Below are positions 23,830 to 34,679 of a DNA stretch of 42,940 nucleotides, piece by piece; positions within the stretch are counted from its first letter, which is position 1, and each line of letters begins with the position of its first letter. Origin of the DNA: Catajapyx aquilonaris (lineage: Eukaryota); NCBI GenBank assembly GCA_000934665.2, contig JYFJ02003371.1:1-42940 (forward strand), read 5' to 3'. The position numbers and the translations under genes were made by a program. The notes beneath the pieces were generated by a model. The model ran no database searches, had not been told where the DNA came from, and was given only the letters and a program-made list of their open reading frames with translations.

Positions 23830-25837
23830 ATGGACCACTCGGGAGGCTGCTGCACCAGGCATGGCTTGAAGACGGAGAGTATCAAGTTGAACGTTGTTGG
23901 ACAGGATGGAAGCACTGTCATGATGATGAGGATGGAGAAGCAGCGAAAGCTTGAGAACCTGATGGAAGCAGTTTGTGTCCGTCAGGTCAGTGTCGCTTTA
24001 TTACCACACTTGCAGCATATAGAATGATTTTTTTGGTATGACTCTCATCATGGTGTTTGCCAATTCCCAGGGGCTGCTGATGTCTGATGTTCGTTTCCTC
24101 CATAATGGTCACCTTATCGATGAAAGTGACACCCCTGCCTCCTTGGGCTTGCAAGAGGGTGACAACATCCGTGTTGTCGTTCGGCCGGGAAGAACGATGT
24201 CCAACATTTCCACATCGGTATACTTCTTGTTCTATTCACGGCTATAATTATGTAGGATACTTTATATTGACACCTGCTGTGCGTCTATTTCCCCATTCCA
24301 TCCACAGCAGTTGGAGCCTGAGAAGATTGTCTTGAATGTCTTGGAGGAGGTTGGCCATCAAAAGATATTTAAAGTGAAGAAGACCGTGAAGCTTATCAAG
24401 CTGATGGAGATGTATTGCAGTATTGTTGTCAGTAATTTCACTTTTTCTCTGATGAATTGAAGTAATATTTTCAGATTTGATTAAGAGCAATGCTTTCCAG
24501 ACTTGTCCGAGTCTGTGTATAGGAACTATTGCAGTCCATTTATTGTAAGGAAGTGATGTGGTTCTGACATGAATCAAAAGGCAAAGCGCTTGTTCTTGGC
24601 CAGTTGTACTGTACAGTACGTCAGTGCGGTACATCTCACTAACAAAATGATTTTTTATTTTAAAATTACCCCAGTTGATCTCAAGATATCTGCTTCTGTC
24701 TGCCTTGCTCAACATTTCCTGGAATTCGAATTATTTCTCATCTCTCATGATTTCCAGGGGCTGTCGAGGTCTGACGTTTGTTTCCTGTTCAATGATCACC
24801 TTATTGCCGGAAGTGACACCCCTACTTCCTTGGGCATGAAGGAGGATGACAACATCCAGGTTTTCTTACGAGTTGGTGTGTCTCTTCCGGAAGGAAATGC
24901 CCAGCGTTTCAAGGCACAAGCTGAAAATGTAGGTTGCTACGTGTAGGTTCCTGTAAATCCTGTTTTGATTTTTTTTTTCTCCGCCATCGGTGATTAAGCT
25001 GTTGACAATATTTTTTTTGCTGACGTGCACTTTTGTTTGTGATTGAAAATAATTTCTTGGACTATGATGGCCACTGGCGATATATTTTCCTTCCTCCGCA
25101 GCATGGCTTATTGAAGCCTGAGTTGGAGAGGATCACGTTAAACATTCTTGGGCGAGATGGCAGCATTCTCATGATAGCAAAGCATCTGAAGCAGCAACAG
25201 CTTCAGAGCCTCATGACAAGATTTTGTGACCATCGGGTCAGTATCACTAGTTTCAGCTTCAACACTGGCTGGAAGGATGATCACATGATGTAATCAATTT
25301 CCAGGGGCTGCTGAGGTCCGATGTTCGTTTCCTCTATAACGGCCACCTTATGATTGAAAGTGACACCCCTGCTTTCTTGCGCATGAATGAGGGAGATTCC
25401 ATCCAGGCTGTCTTACGAGTTGATGTGTCTCCAACAGAAGGACGTGCCAAAGGTTTCGAGGAACAGGCTAAAAATGTAGGTCTTTGTTGCCTTTTTTTTT
25501 AATGTTTGCCACATTTTGTCGTTTATGTAGAGACTTCCTGACTCCATCCACAGAATCACCCTGGAGCATGAGAGTATCACCTTGAATACCTCTTGTCAGG
25601 ATGGCCATCGCATGATTTTTAGAGTGAAGAAGACCGCCAAGTTTATCAAGGTGCTGAAGATGTATTGTGAGCGTCGGGTCGGTACTTCCACATACCTCTA
25701 TCTGATTTTAAGTAGGGCCAATTCCAACATGAAAATTCAAGTACGTTTCTCTCTCTGGCAGCTCCACACCTGCCTCCTTATACATGAAGGACCAGGATCG
25801 CATCGATGTTGTCATTCTAAATGTGCTGGCTGCCTAG
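23830..25837 (+). CDS. SUMO-like gene 6: three intact plus one degenerate tandem SUMO-like domains; exons 23830 (or 23800)-23985, 24071-24217, 24308-24427, 24758-24928, 25102-25236, 25305-25475, then 25531/25554-25677 and ~25742-25837
   Basis: Domain 1: MDHSGG...ESIKLNVVGQDGSTVMMMRMEKQRKLENLMEAVCVRQ|GLLMSDVRFLHNGHLIDESDTPASLGLQEGDNIRV... Domain 2: QLEPEKIVLNVLEEVGHQKIFKVKKT...|GLSRSDVCFLFNDHLIAGSDTPTSLGMKEDDNIQV... Domain 3: HGLLKPELERITLNILGRDGS...|GLLRSDVRFLYNGHLMIESDTP... The 4th domain carries a +1 shift at its homologous acceptor and a deletion in its last exon. Confidence 0.75.
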
Positions 25838-26042
25838 GTTTGTACACTTACAATATATTAGAGGTTCATTGGAGAGGTCACAATGACCAATAATATGACT
25901 GCATGTCAACAGTGTAACCGGAAAAGGGCCAGGGAACGTTTGTTATTCATTGTTGTGAGCATTGTTGGATAGGCAAACTTTTGCGGATTTGGATGTACTT
26001 GTTCTGTGTCCTTCTCATCAGCCTGGGACTCTGGTGAACAGA

Positions 26043-27014
26043 ATGGAGACTTTTAGCAGGAATATTTCCTGGTGTTCACAAGAAACCTTGTCTGCATCTA
26101 GTGTCGAAGCGACTGATGAGGAGGAAGAGTCTTTGGACAACTCATCGGTAGACAGCAACACTGCAGGCGAACAGGACCAGGACCAGCAGGTGAACAGAAA
26201 TGCAATTTCACGAACTTTGACGACTATTGTGTATCCCCCCCACACTTAATCCACAGCCTGACTTGAAGTCGGAGTTCATCGAGTTCAACATTGATTTTTC
26301 GGACGACAGCATGATGGAAGTGGAGATGAAGAAGACCGCGCGGTTTAAGAAGCTGAAGGTAGCTTTTTGTCGCCGTCTGGTCAGTATCACTACCGCATAT
26401 CTTGTTGATCACATGAATCCGATGCAGAACTCTGAAAGCAATGATTTATGTGATGATGTGCTCAACTTCCAGAAGCTGTTGTGGTGTCAGGTCCATTTCC
26501 GGTTCAACGGTCGCGCTATCTTTGGAGGTGACACCCCAGCCTCCTTGGGCATGAAAGAGGGCGACTACATCAAGGCTTTCATACAGGTGATTGAGGCTAG
26601 ATTGTGATTATAGATTATTTCCAGGTATATTATTGACAATAAAGGTGATTTTTTTCCCCTTCTGCATCTGCAGGATGTTGAGAAGGAGGAAGTGGAATAT
26701 ATCCACCTGAAAATCATGGAGCAGGATGGGGAGCATTTGAGGGTCAAGATGCCGTGGATTGTGGATTTTGGATGGGTGTTGATGGCATATTGCGATGTTA
26801 GGGTCAGTACTTTGCACTTTTCTGTGATCTGAAGTAGAAACATTTTGTCGGCTCATTATATTATTGTCAGGATCTGCAGACGTCCGATGTTTACTTCACC
26901 TTCCGTGGCCAGAAGATCCTCGACAGCTCCACACCCGACTCCTTAGATATGAAGGACAGAGACAGGATTGAAGCTGTCATTCTAAACCCGCAGGACGCAA
27001 GTGCCGAACAATAA
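26043..27014 (+). CDS. SUMO-like gene 7: acidic Ser-rich N-terminus plus two tandem SUMO-like domains, ~218 aa; exons 26043-26189, 26257-26379, 26473-26586, 26674-26802, 26871-27014
   Basis: METFSRNISWCSQETLSASSVEATDEEEESLDNSS...QDQQ|PDLKSEFIEFNIDFSDDSMMEVEMKKTARFKKLKVAFCRRL|KLLWCQVHFRFNGRAIFGGDTPASLGMKEGDYIKAFIQ|DVEKEEVEYIHLKIMEQDGEHLRVKMPWIVDFGWVLMAYCDVR|DLQTSDVYFTFRGQKILDSSTPDSLDMKDRDRIEAVILNPQDASAEQ*. AATAAA lies at ~27129. Confidence 0.85.
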
Positions 27015-27658
27015 GACCAGTGGTTTCAAATGACAACAATGCACGGATCAACCACACTCTTATTGTTATGATTTATTTGGAGGGAGTCATTTACAAAGAT
27101 ATGATTGTGTATGCCCATCTTTACTTTTAATAAATATGCGGCTTGAAACCTAATGATGTTTATTGCTTGGAGACACTAAAGTACCTGACAGGGTTTTTTA
27201 ATTATTCGTTTTATGAAATATATGTAATGGCTGTATTGTAGAGGAGGCGGAAAAATGTGTTGTGAAACATTGTTGCCCCGGCTAACAATGACCTGAAAAG
27301 GACTTGAACGAACTTGTTTTAAGATATTTGAAACTTTATTTCCCGCTTATTTCGAACAATGTTCCAATAATTGACATTCGATGTGGCAACACCGCAATCG
27401 CATACCTCTTCGTCAAATTTTTTTTTTAAACAAATTATAATTTAAGCACCAGCATTAGCTCCAATCATTCCGTTGATTAATAATTAAGGCATAATTAACA
27501 ACTGGATGTTAAATATTATTGCAATAGTGCTGACTGTTATGTGGCGATTTGACAACCCCGCAGCGGGAGCATTCGATTCTTGTTCATGTCTGGGCAGAAC
27601 AGGCCAGAGGTCATTCCAGGTCACCTCTTTTTCCTAATTGCCTGGTTCTGGTGGTGAA

Positions 27659-29769
27659 ATGGAGACCTTCTCTGATGATATGTACTTGGCTCTGGAGGAA
27701 TCCCTGACCGCTGCTGCTTCCACGCACGATGGTGGCTCATCATCCATGGACCACTCTGCTGCTGGAGGCAACACTTCTGCAGCTGGACAGGTGATGAAAC
27801 AAGTTCTTATTAGAATATGCCGGCTACATATATAATAAGGTTACATTTATTGAGAGGGCAAGTCCTGGTCCAGCAGCCACACCTTCCCTAATACTACCAC
27901 ACACATATTCCTATCCCTCACCGCCACATCACCTCCTAGAGCAGCCCAAGAACAAAGCCAAGTCTGTTATCTATGGATGATGTAATCATTTGGAGACACT
28001 CAAGGGAGGAGGAGGACAATGGCATTGACTGGGAAGCAACCAGTTGATTTCCTCAGACTGCGGATGATGGGCTGCTCGGGTTGGCTGCACGGTTTAAATC
28101 AAGTGTTTTTTATTTTTTTTAAAAACCATCATGGTTTTTTAAAATGAAAAGTAATCCCAATTACTGCTAAAATTCCCCTTCCAAAGCTGAAGGGGAATCC
28201 CCACGTTCCATGGGAAATCCCCTTTAGCAATATCCAATCATACAGTGGTTATTGCCTGGTGTGCTGAAGCAAAGAGCTGTTTGTGAAATTTAACGGAAGA
28301 GCATAGACCGGTTTGGCTAAGTTTAATATATTGCTGGTAGAAAACGTGATATATTGTTTGGATGTCATTTGATGAAGTTAAAAAAAGAAGCGAGAAAAGG
28401 TGTAAGGGCCAAATTATGTAAAAAAAATGGGCCAAGTAGCCAGAATGAAAAATCACCTATCAAAATGTGCATATCGTCGCTGGCAAGGAAAATGCCGTGA
28501 TTGTATGCAGGTAATGTATGTATATTGTATAGTCATTTATCATTTTATCTTTTATAGGGCCGGTTTCACCGATCTCGGTATATGATAAAACCAGGTTTCT
28601 TTAGGAAAATCCATACAAATATGTAGGGATTTTCCGAAATAACCCTGGTTTTATCATATACCGAGCTCGATGAAACCGGCCCTTATAGTGTTTAAATCAT
28701 TCATAAGGCTGCTGGAGGCATAGAAGACAGACTGTTAGTGCTTTTTGAACTTAGGTTAAAAGTTAAGTTAATTAGTTTTATACAATGCCACTATTTTGTT
28801 ATTTTGTTTACTTGTATTGAAACATTTAAGCGACATTTCTGTGTGAAATCTCTACATTGTAGTTTTCAAAATTAATACCATATTTTGAGATGAAGCTTTC
28901 AATTTGCTGAATAATTATAATTTTGAGCAAGATATACATTTTCTTAATCAAAAGTATAACTTATTATTTACCTCACTATGAGTTGGGAATGGGCATATGT
29001 AGATGATAAGAAGTCACAACTTGTTTAAATGAATTTAAACCAAAAATTTGAAATTAAACCTGGTTTAAACAAAAAAAAAACTGTTCTTTTTCCAACCCCT
29101 AGCTCTTGTCCGAGTTGCAAGCAGTCTGAAAATTGGCAATGCTTTGCGATTTATGTTTATATGTGCAGTTTGTTGTTTTGTGGTGAAATGCATCAATGTA
29201 TGACTCCGCTTCTGTCCTATGTTGCGGGTTTCAAAGCATTGGTGAGACGTTCGCAGGTGGTGGCAATTGCATATAAAAAACTCGAACAACAGCGGCATAT
29301 GCTCAGGAAGGAACACCCCTGCTCTTGCATTTTTAGTGTCATTTTTTCCTGTTTTGCCGTAGGATTTCTTCTCTGTACACTCCTATAACTTGCTCCTACT
29401 ATTATTATTGACACTGGTATCACATTTGCAGGATCACCTGATGCCTGACACTCTCCTGTTGCATATCCTGGGGCCGCATGATGGCCTTCAAATTGGATTT
29501 AAAGTGAAGAAGACCATGAAGCTTGCCGAGATGGTGGCAGTGTATCGCAATGTTTGTGTCAGTATACTTCTTTTTCCCTGATTTTCATACAGTCGGCTAA
29601 GAGTTTCCAGACCGACGCTTATTGTAAATCTCAATCTATTTAACAGGGAAGATCCGACATTTCCTTCATGTACTGCTCCCGGGAGATCACCGACAGCTGC
29701 ACTCCTGCCTCATTACACATGAAGGACCAAGACCAGATTTTTGCTGTGCTGAAACAGCAGGCCATTTAG
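27659..29769 (+). CDS. SUMO-like gene 8, N-terminal extension plus single domain, ~126 aa; exons 27659-27790, 29432-29557, 29647-29769
   Basis: METFSDDMYLALEESLTAAASTHDGGSSSMDHSAAGGNTSAAGQ|DHLMPDTLLLHILGPHDGLQIGFKVKKTMKLAEMVAVYRNVC|GRSDISFMYCSREITDSCTPASLHMKDQDQIFAVLKQQAI*. Exon 1 is homologous to gene 7 exon 1 (METFS); its joining across the 1.6 kb intron is inferred. Confidence 0.75.
28556..28683. mobile_element. Palindromic MITE family C with TAT TSD
   Basis: tat-agggccggtttcaccgatctcggtatatgataaaaccagg...cctggttttatcatataccgagctcgatgaaaccggccct-tat. Confidence 0.8.
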
Positions 29770-30410
29770 GTCCGTATAAGCAACGTGCTTAATTGATCTT
29801 CACTTAATTTCTCTCTCTAATTACACAGCTCATGAGGAGTAAGCTGGACATGTCCGGCATGTCAGAATAAGGAACTGAGCAAGATTTTTTGTTAATTAAA
29901 ATATTTTGTTTCGGATTACGCGCACGTTCGCTTTTAGGTAATGTTGACTCTAGTGGTATGGTAGCTTATAAGGGTCCAGTGTACGTATGGCAGTACTTTT
30001 GACACACAATACAGTTATAGTTGCTTAATAAATAATAATAATCAAACTCGAAATTCGCGCTGCACGAGTTGGCAACATCGCAACTTACATAACTGTGGCT
30101 CGCACTAGTTCGTTTACAAAATTAATTAATCGATAAAACGGGCTCGTTCCATAAGGTGAGATTAAATTAATTAAATATATATATATATATTTTTAAAAAA
30201 CGGGTTCGTGGTTGCAACTTGGCAACGCCGCAGTTTCGTCATTTCGTTCTATGCCGACGAGTTAAAAAAAAAAAAAAAACATCTTGGAGAGGAAATTCCT
30301 GGAATCCAAAAATCCAGCTGGAAATCGGGGCCTGAACCTCTGGTAAATACTGGTGATCAACAGGAGAGGTCAAGAGGAGCACCGTGCAAGCCCCAGCAGA
30401 CAGCGGAACA

Positions 30411-31385
30411 ATGGCCAACTCCGTGGTGATCAACGCCACTGGCAAACACACCGCAACGGTGAGTACGCACCCTGAAGTACTCCGCATGCGACTAACTGAT
30501 GCAAATTGGCCAATAAATCAATGCCTATCTTTCCCCAGCTGATTTTCCTACATGGACTTGGCGATACAGGGTAATAGTGCGTACATAATTCATTGTCGGG
30601 GGCGGAAAAGCTGACGGATTTATTTGGTTGCAGGCACGGCTGGGCCAGCACCATGGCCATGGCTAGGCAGCCGCACGTCAAGGTCATCTGTCCGACAGCG
30701 TAAGTATTATTGACCAACAAAAAAAATCAATCGATTACCTAACCGGTTTTCCATCAGTCCGACAATGCCAGTGACCCTGAATGCGGGTTTCCGGATGCCC
30801 TCGTGGTTTGACCTCCGCACGTTGGATGCTTCCGGGCCTGAGGATGTGGATGGGATCAAGAAGGCGACGGATGTTGTGCATCAGATGATAGACGAGGAGG
30901 TGAAGAAAGGGGTGCCGTCGGAAAGGATCGTGCTCGGAGGGTTCTCTCAGGGCGGAGCGTTGGCCTTGTACTCGGCCTTGCGCTACCCGAGGAGGTTGGC
31001 CGGAGTCGTTGCGCTCTCGTGCTGGCTTCCGCTGCATAAGGAGTTCCCAGCGGTTAGTTTGCGCAGAGTACGTAACCTGACACGATAATTTCCGCTTTGT
31101 TTTGCAGGCTGCTTTGGGCAATAAAGATATCCCGTTCATGCAATGCCACGGGGACTGCGACCCTGTTGTTCCGTATCGTTGGGGCCAGATGACAGCCTCG
31201 GTTCTCAAGCAGTTCCTCAAGCAGCTAGAGTTCAAGACCTTCCAGGGGATGATGCATTGCTCTTGTGATGAGGTGAGTTGTAGTGCACGATATGCACAAC
31301 AGGCAAATGAATTATCTGCTGGTTTTCTTTGCAGGAAATACGCGACATGAAGACCTTCGTCGAGAGGTGTGTACCTGCGGTGTAA
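30411..31385 (+). CDS. Apt1: Acyl-protein thioesterase 1 / lysophospholipase (LYPLA1/2 family), 218 aa; exons 30411-30458, 30539-30570, 30634-30699, 30758-31052, 31108-31272, 31335-31385
   Basis: [31 protein letters not shown]...[23 protein letters not shown]...[12 protein letters not shown]...[11 protein letters not shown]...[25 protein letters not shown]. The GFSQG nucleophile and the catalytic Asp and His are present. The six exons splice in frame. Confidence 0.95.
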
Positions 31386-34300
31386 GCACAAGGGGCATAT
31401 TCAAGTTGCGTGTTGATATTGGGTGACGTGAGCACATGAAGAAAAAAAAAATGCGGAGTTAGGTCGAGGGTTTGGTTTTTTCCCCCTCTTGCATAATATT
31501 TGTTTCCTTCCCTCGTTCCACATTTTGTTTTAGGTAGGGAAAAATAATAGCCGAGTTTGTCATGCCCCTGCTTTCACGACCACCTGTTGTTTTTAGTTCA
31601 GTCCGAATGTGCATATCATTTTTCACCTTGCATTCCACTAAGGAGTTTGTCTACGGTAATAATAGATTTGCTTTCGAGAACAATGATTCCCACTTTCTTT
31701 CTTTTTCCAACCCCCCCTTTTCTCTCAAGCTCAGATTAAGTATTATCTTCGTGTCAAAAAAAGGAAATGTGTACTACACAAAGTATGGTGTCCAATTACT
31801 TCAAAATGTCTGAATGTGTCACCAATTTGAGTCGACTGGTTCGCAGCGTGATTTGCCATAATCACATGGCAATGAAATTTTTACAGCAAGAATGGCATTT
31901 GACAGACAATTTGGACATTTGCTCACTTTTGGGGGGGTTTTAAAAGATGCAGTGCGTACCAATTGAAGTGTACTTAATGGCCAGCAGTTTTATTGGCATG
32001 CAGGGCGTACCACTTGTCACTTACTTTGAAGCAGTTAATTTTTGGAGCCGTCAACGTTAGCTGATGATTATAGCTAGGAAGACATGTCACAATAGGCCCG
32101 AGTGTCACTCAGGAAAATCTACGGATTTCAATGCTGAATTTATCGAATGATTGGATTGAAATTGTGTGACTTATCATATTAGCCTAAAGTGCAGGTTATG
32201 TCCGGAAGTGTTCAAAATCTGTTTGCGCATCTAAGGGCAGTTGATGAACTACTCAAATTAAGGAGGAAGTATCCCGTTTTGTCTGGTTATACATTGTGCG
32301 TTTTATCTCATTTTGCTTTCATCCATCTAAACGCGGAGTAGGTTCATCTCGCCTCGTTTTTCACATTATCTGCCACAGATCTTTGTAACAATATGTTTCA
32401 AATCGCAAGGGATTGATTGAGCTAGTGGGGCGGAGGCGAAGCAGGCCGCACGACAAATTGTCCAGTACGAGTACTAATGCTGCGAGTGTCGTCGTGACAC
32501 ATGTGCATTCCATTTCTTCTAACCGAATAATATTAATTAATGATAGCAATAATTAATTATTAGTTACTCCATGTGCGATATTCCTCTGTTCCAATCCAGC
32601 TCAGACCACGACACCATGCTGCTCGTTCGACCTTATGTTGATAGCCCCAAAAAGTAATGCTAATCAGCATAGTGTCAAAAAGTCGCTGACCATTACGGGC
32701 ACGTCAACTGGAAAGTACTGTATATAAAAGTTTCGTCATGTGTGATTGTGTGTGTGCGTGTCTGGTGCATGTGTTTTTTCTGAGCTTCTGTTATTGGTCC
32801 CTTTGTTATTCCGCCTCCTGTCATGTGAGAGAGGAAAGTACGTAGGATGTGCAGTACGCGTCACGTCAACTCAATTTTTTTTGGCGATTATTTCAGGGGG
32901 AAACTAAAAGCAATACATTTCCTTTGTGTCCTGTACGTGTGATATGCAGCTAGTCATATTATTTTTCACTCTTTTCCCCGCCCACATCTTCCCGGTTCGT
33001 TTTAGTCTTGTTGAGATCAAAGTGTGCAAGTTGCGTGTACAGTGTTTCTAGCGTGTGTAGAGCGGAGTTATTCTTGTAAGAAATTTTCTCTCCTGCAACA
33101 CCCTGGGGGGATTTGCGAATCCATCTCATTGTCCGTCCTTGTTCCTGCAGAAGTAGGGCTGCAATAAGACTTTGTTGTCGGCTGGTCCTGTATGTGAGTG
33201 TATGTGTGCGTAACGTGATGTGTGTGGAGGTTATCATGCCCAACTCTGCAGGAACGAGCTGTGTGTTGTTTTGTAGGAGGCCGCTCCTTTCTCCTGACTT
33301 CATTTTCCCCGCCCCCCGACACATCCTGTCCAAGTGTTACTATGCAGTTCAATAGGCGATTCAGGTAGCTTAAAAAAAAAAAAAACTCCACTGTACATAA
33401 CTTAGGGATCCAGTAATAAAATGCGCTACTTAAACATGGCCTGTGTTGTTGTTGCGCAGGCGAAAACCCCCCTTGCCCTGAATTGCTGGTCAACATTTGT
33501 GGTTTCTAGACGACTGGAAGTTCCCAGAGGAGTAATTTAGCGCCTTTCTTCTTCTCGGCGTCTCCCTTGAGACACTTGCCGTTGGGATCCCATCAGAGGG
33601 ATGGAGGTTACGTAAAGGAGTGTTCGCAGCGTCGATTGTTGCCGGGTTTGCTGATGAGTATTGACATCCATTACCCAATTAGATCGTCGGGATGGAGCCG
33701 GTGGATTAATAATGAAATGCTTTTCACACGTCATGCTGGAAAGTTGCTAATATTTAACGAATTTCAGACCTGCATTGATACAGTGAGCAAAATTCTGCCG
33801 CTATGTGGGTTGCAGTTTATAATTGGCACAAAGTTATGCAGTGAGGCTGGGCTTTAATGAAGTCAGTCGTCTTGTACGCAGTTGGCTGACTGATGTGGGA
33901 AGCTGCCTGTTTTTGTTTTGGGTGGGCTCGAAATAAATTTGAGGTCGTATTTTAAACAATGTTGTTTTAAATTTTTGGCTTGAAAATAGATGTTGCATCC
34001 TTAGGCATATTTTTTGCATATTGTTTCATGTTAATATATTTTTTTCGGATAAACAGTGATGCGGCAGAATATTCAGTTTCATCACGTGGAAATGGACTTA
34101 CCTGCAAGGCTTTTTTTGAGAAAGAAAATTAGTGTGTGCGATTAGGTACTTGAAGAGGATAATTTTTCCTACTTGCGATGCTGCACTTTGCGGCCAGGAT
34201 GCACTCCGTGCTTTTATTCGGCAAGTTTTACATGTACACACCGACTACTATCTGCCTAAAATTAACTCTGGAAAAATCCCAGCGTGAAAATGAAAATTCC

Positions 34301-34679
34301 AGCAGGTACTTTTTACAAAACTGGTTATTTTTATATTGAATCTCTTTTTTTTTTTTTCTGGTTAGATTTTTTCAGGGCGGACAATTTGGGAGATAGCGAT
34401 TGCAAACATAGGCGAGACAAAACACCCAAGTATTATAATGATGAAGCTACCCATCAACACAATTTTTTTAATAATCTGGCTGACATGTTTGGTATGCAAC
34501 TAAACCAGTCGTGATCTGCAAAATGGTTTCAGCTAAACAGAAACAAGAGTTGCGTAGGCTGTATGTTTTAAAAAGTAGTTTAGATGTAGCCAACTCCTCT
34601 TATTTTCCCTTCTGCAAATATAATTTTTTTTCTTTTTTTTAAATATAATTTTTTAATTCCTTTTTTGCTCCCTCGCTGA

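Noticed and set aside
21403..25837. Interpretation as a polyubiquitin-type cleavable precursor
   Set aside because: No GG occurs at any domain boundary, the repeats are highly divergent, and the sequence and intron position are SUMO-like rather than ubiquitin-like.
27974..28048. Short acidic ORF (MDDVIIWRHSREEEDNGIDWEATS) inside gene 8 intron 1
   Set aside because: Only 24 codons, with no clear splice sites or homology to the SUMO module.
30735..31391. 218-aa minus-strand ORF (also 5318-5827 minus and 34802-35296 minus)
   Set aside because: These are antisense or alternative-frame shadows of the GC-rich Apt1, POP1 and allatotropin exons.
31386..34679. ORFs between Apt1 and allatotropin, and possible overlap of their convergent 3'UTRs
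   Set aside because: The ORFs are unrecognisable, and polyA sites cannot be fixed from sequence alone.
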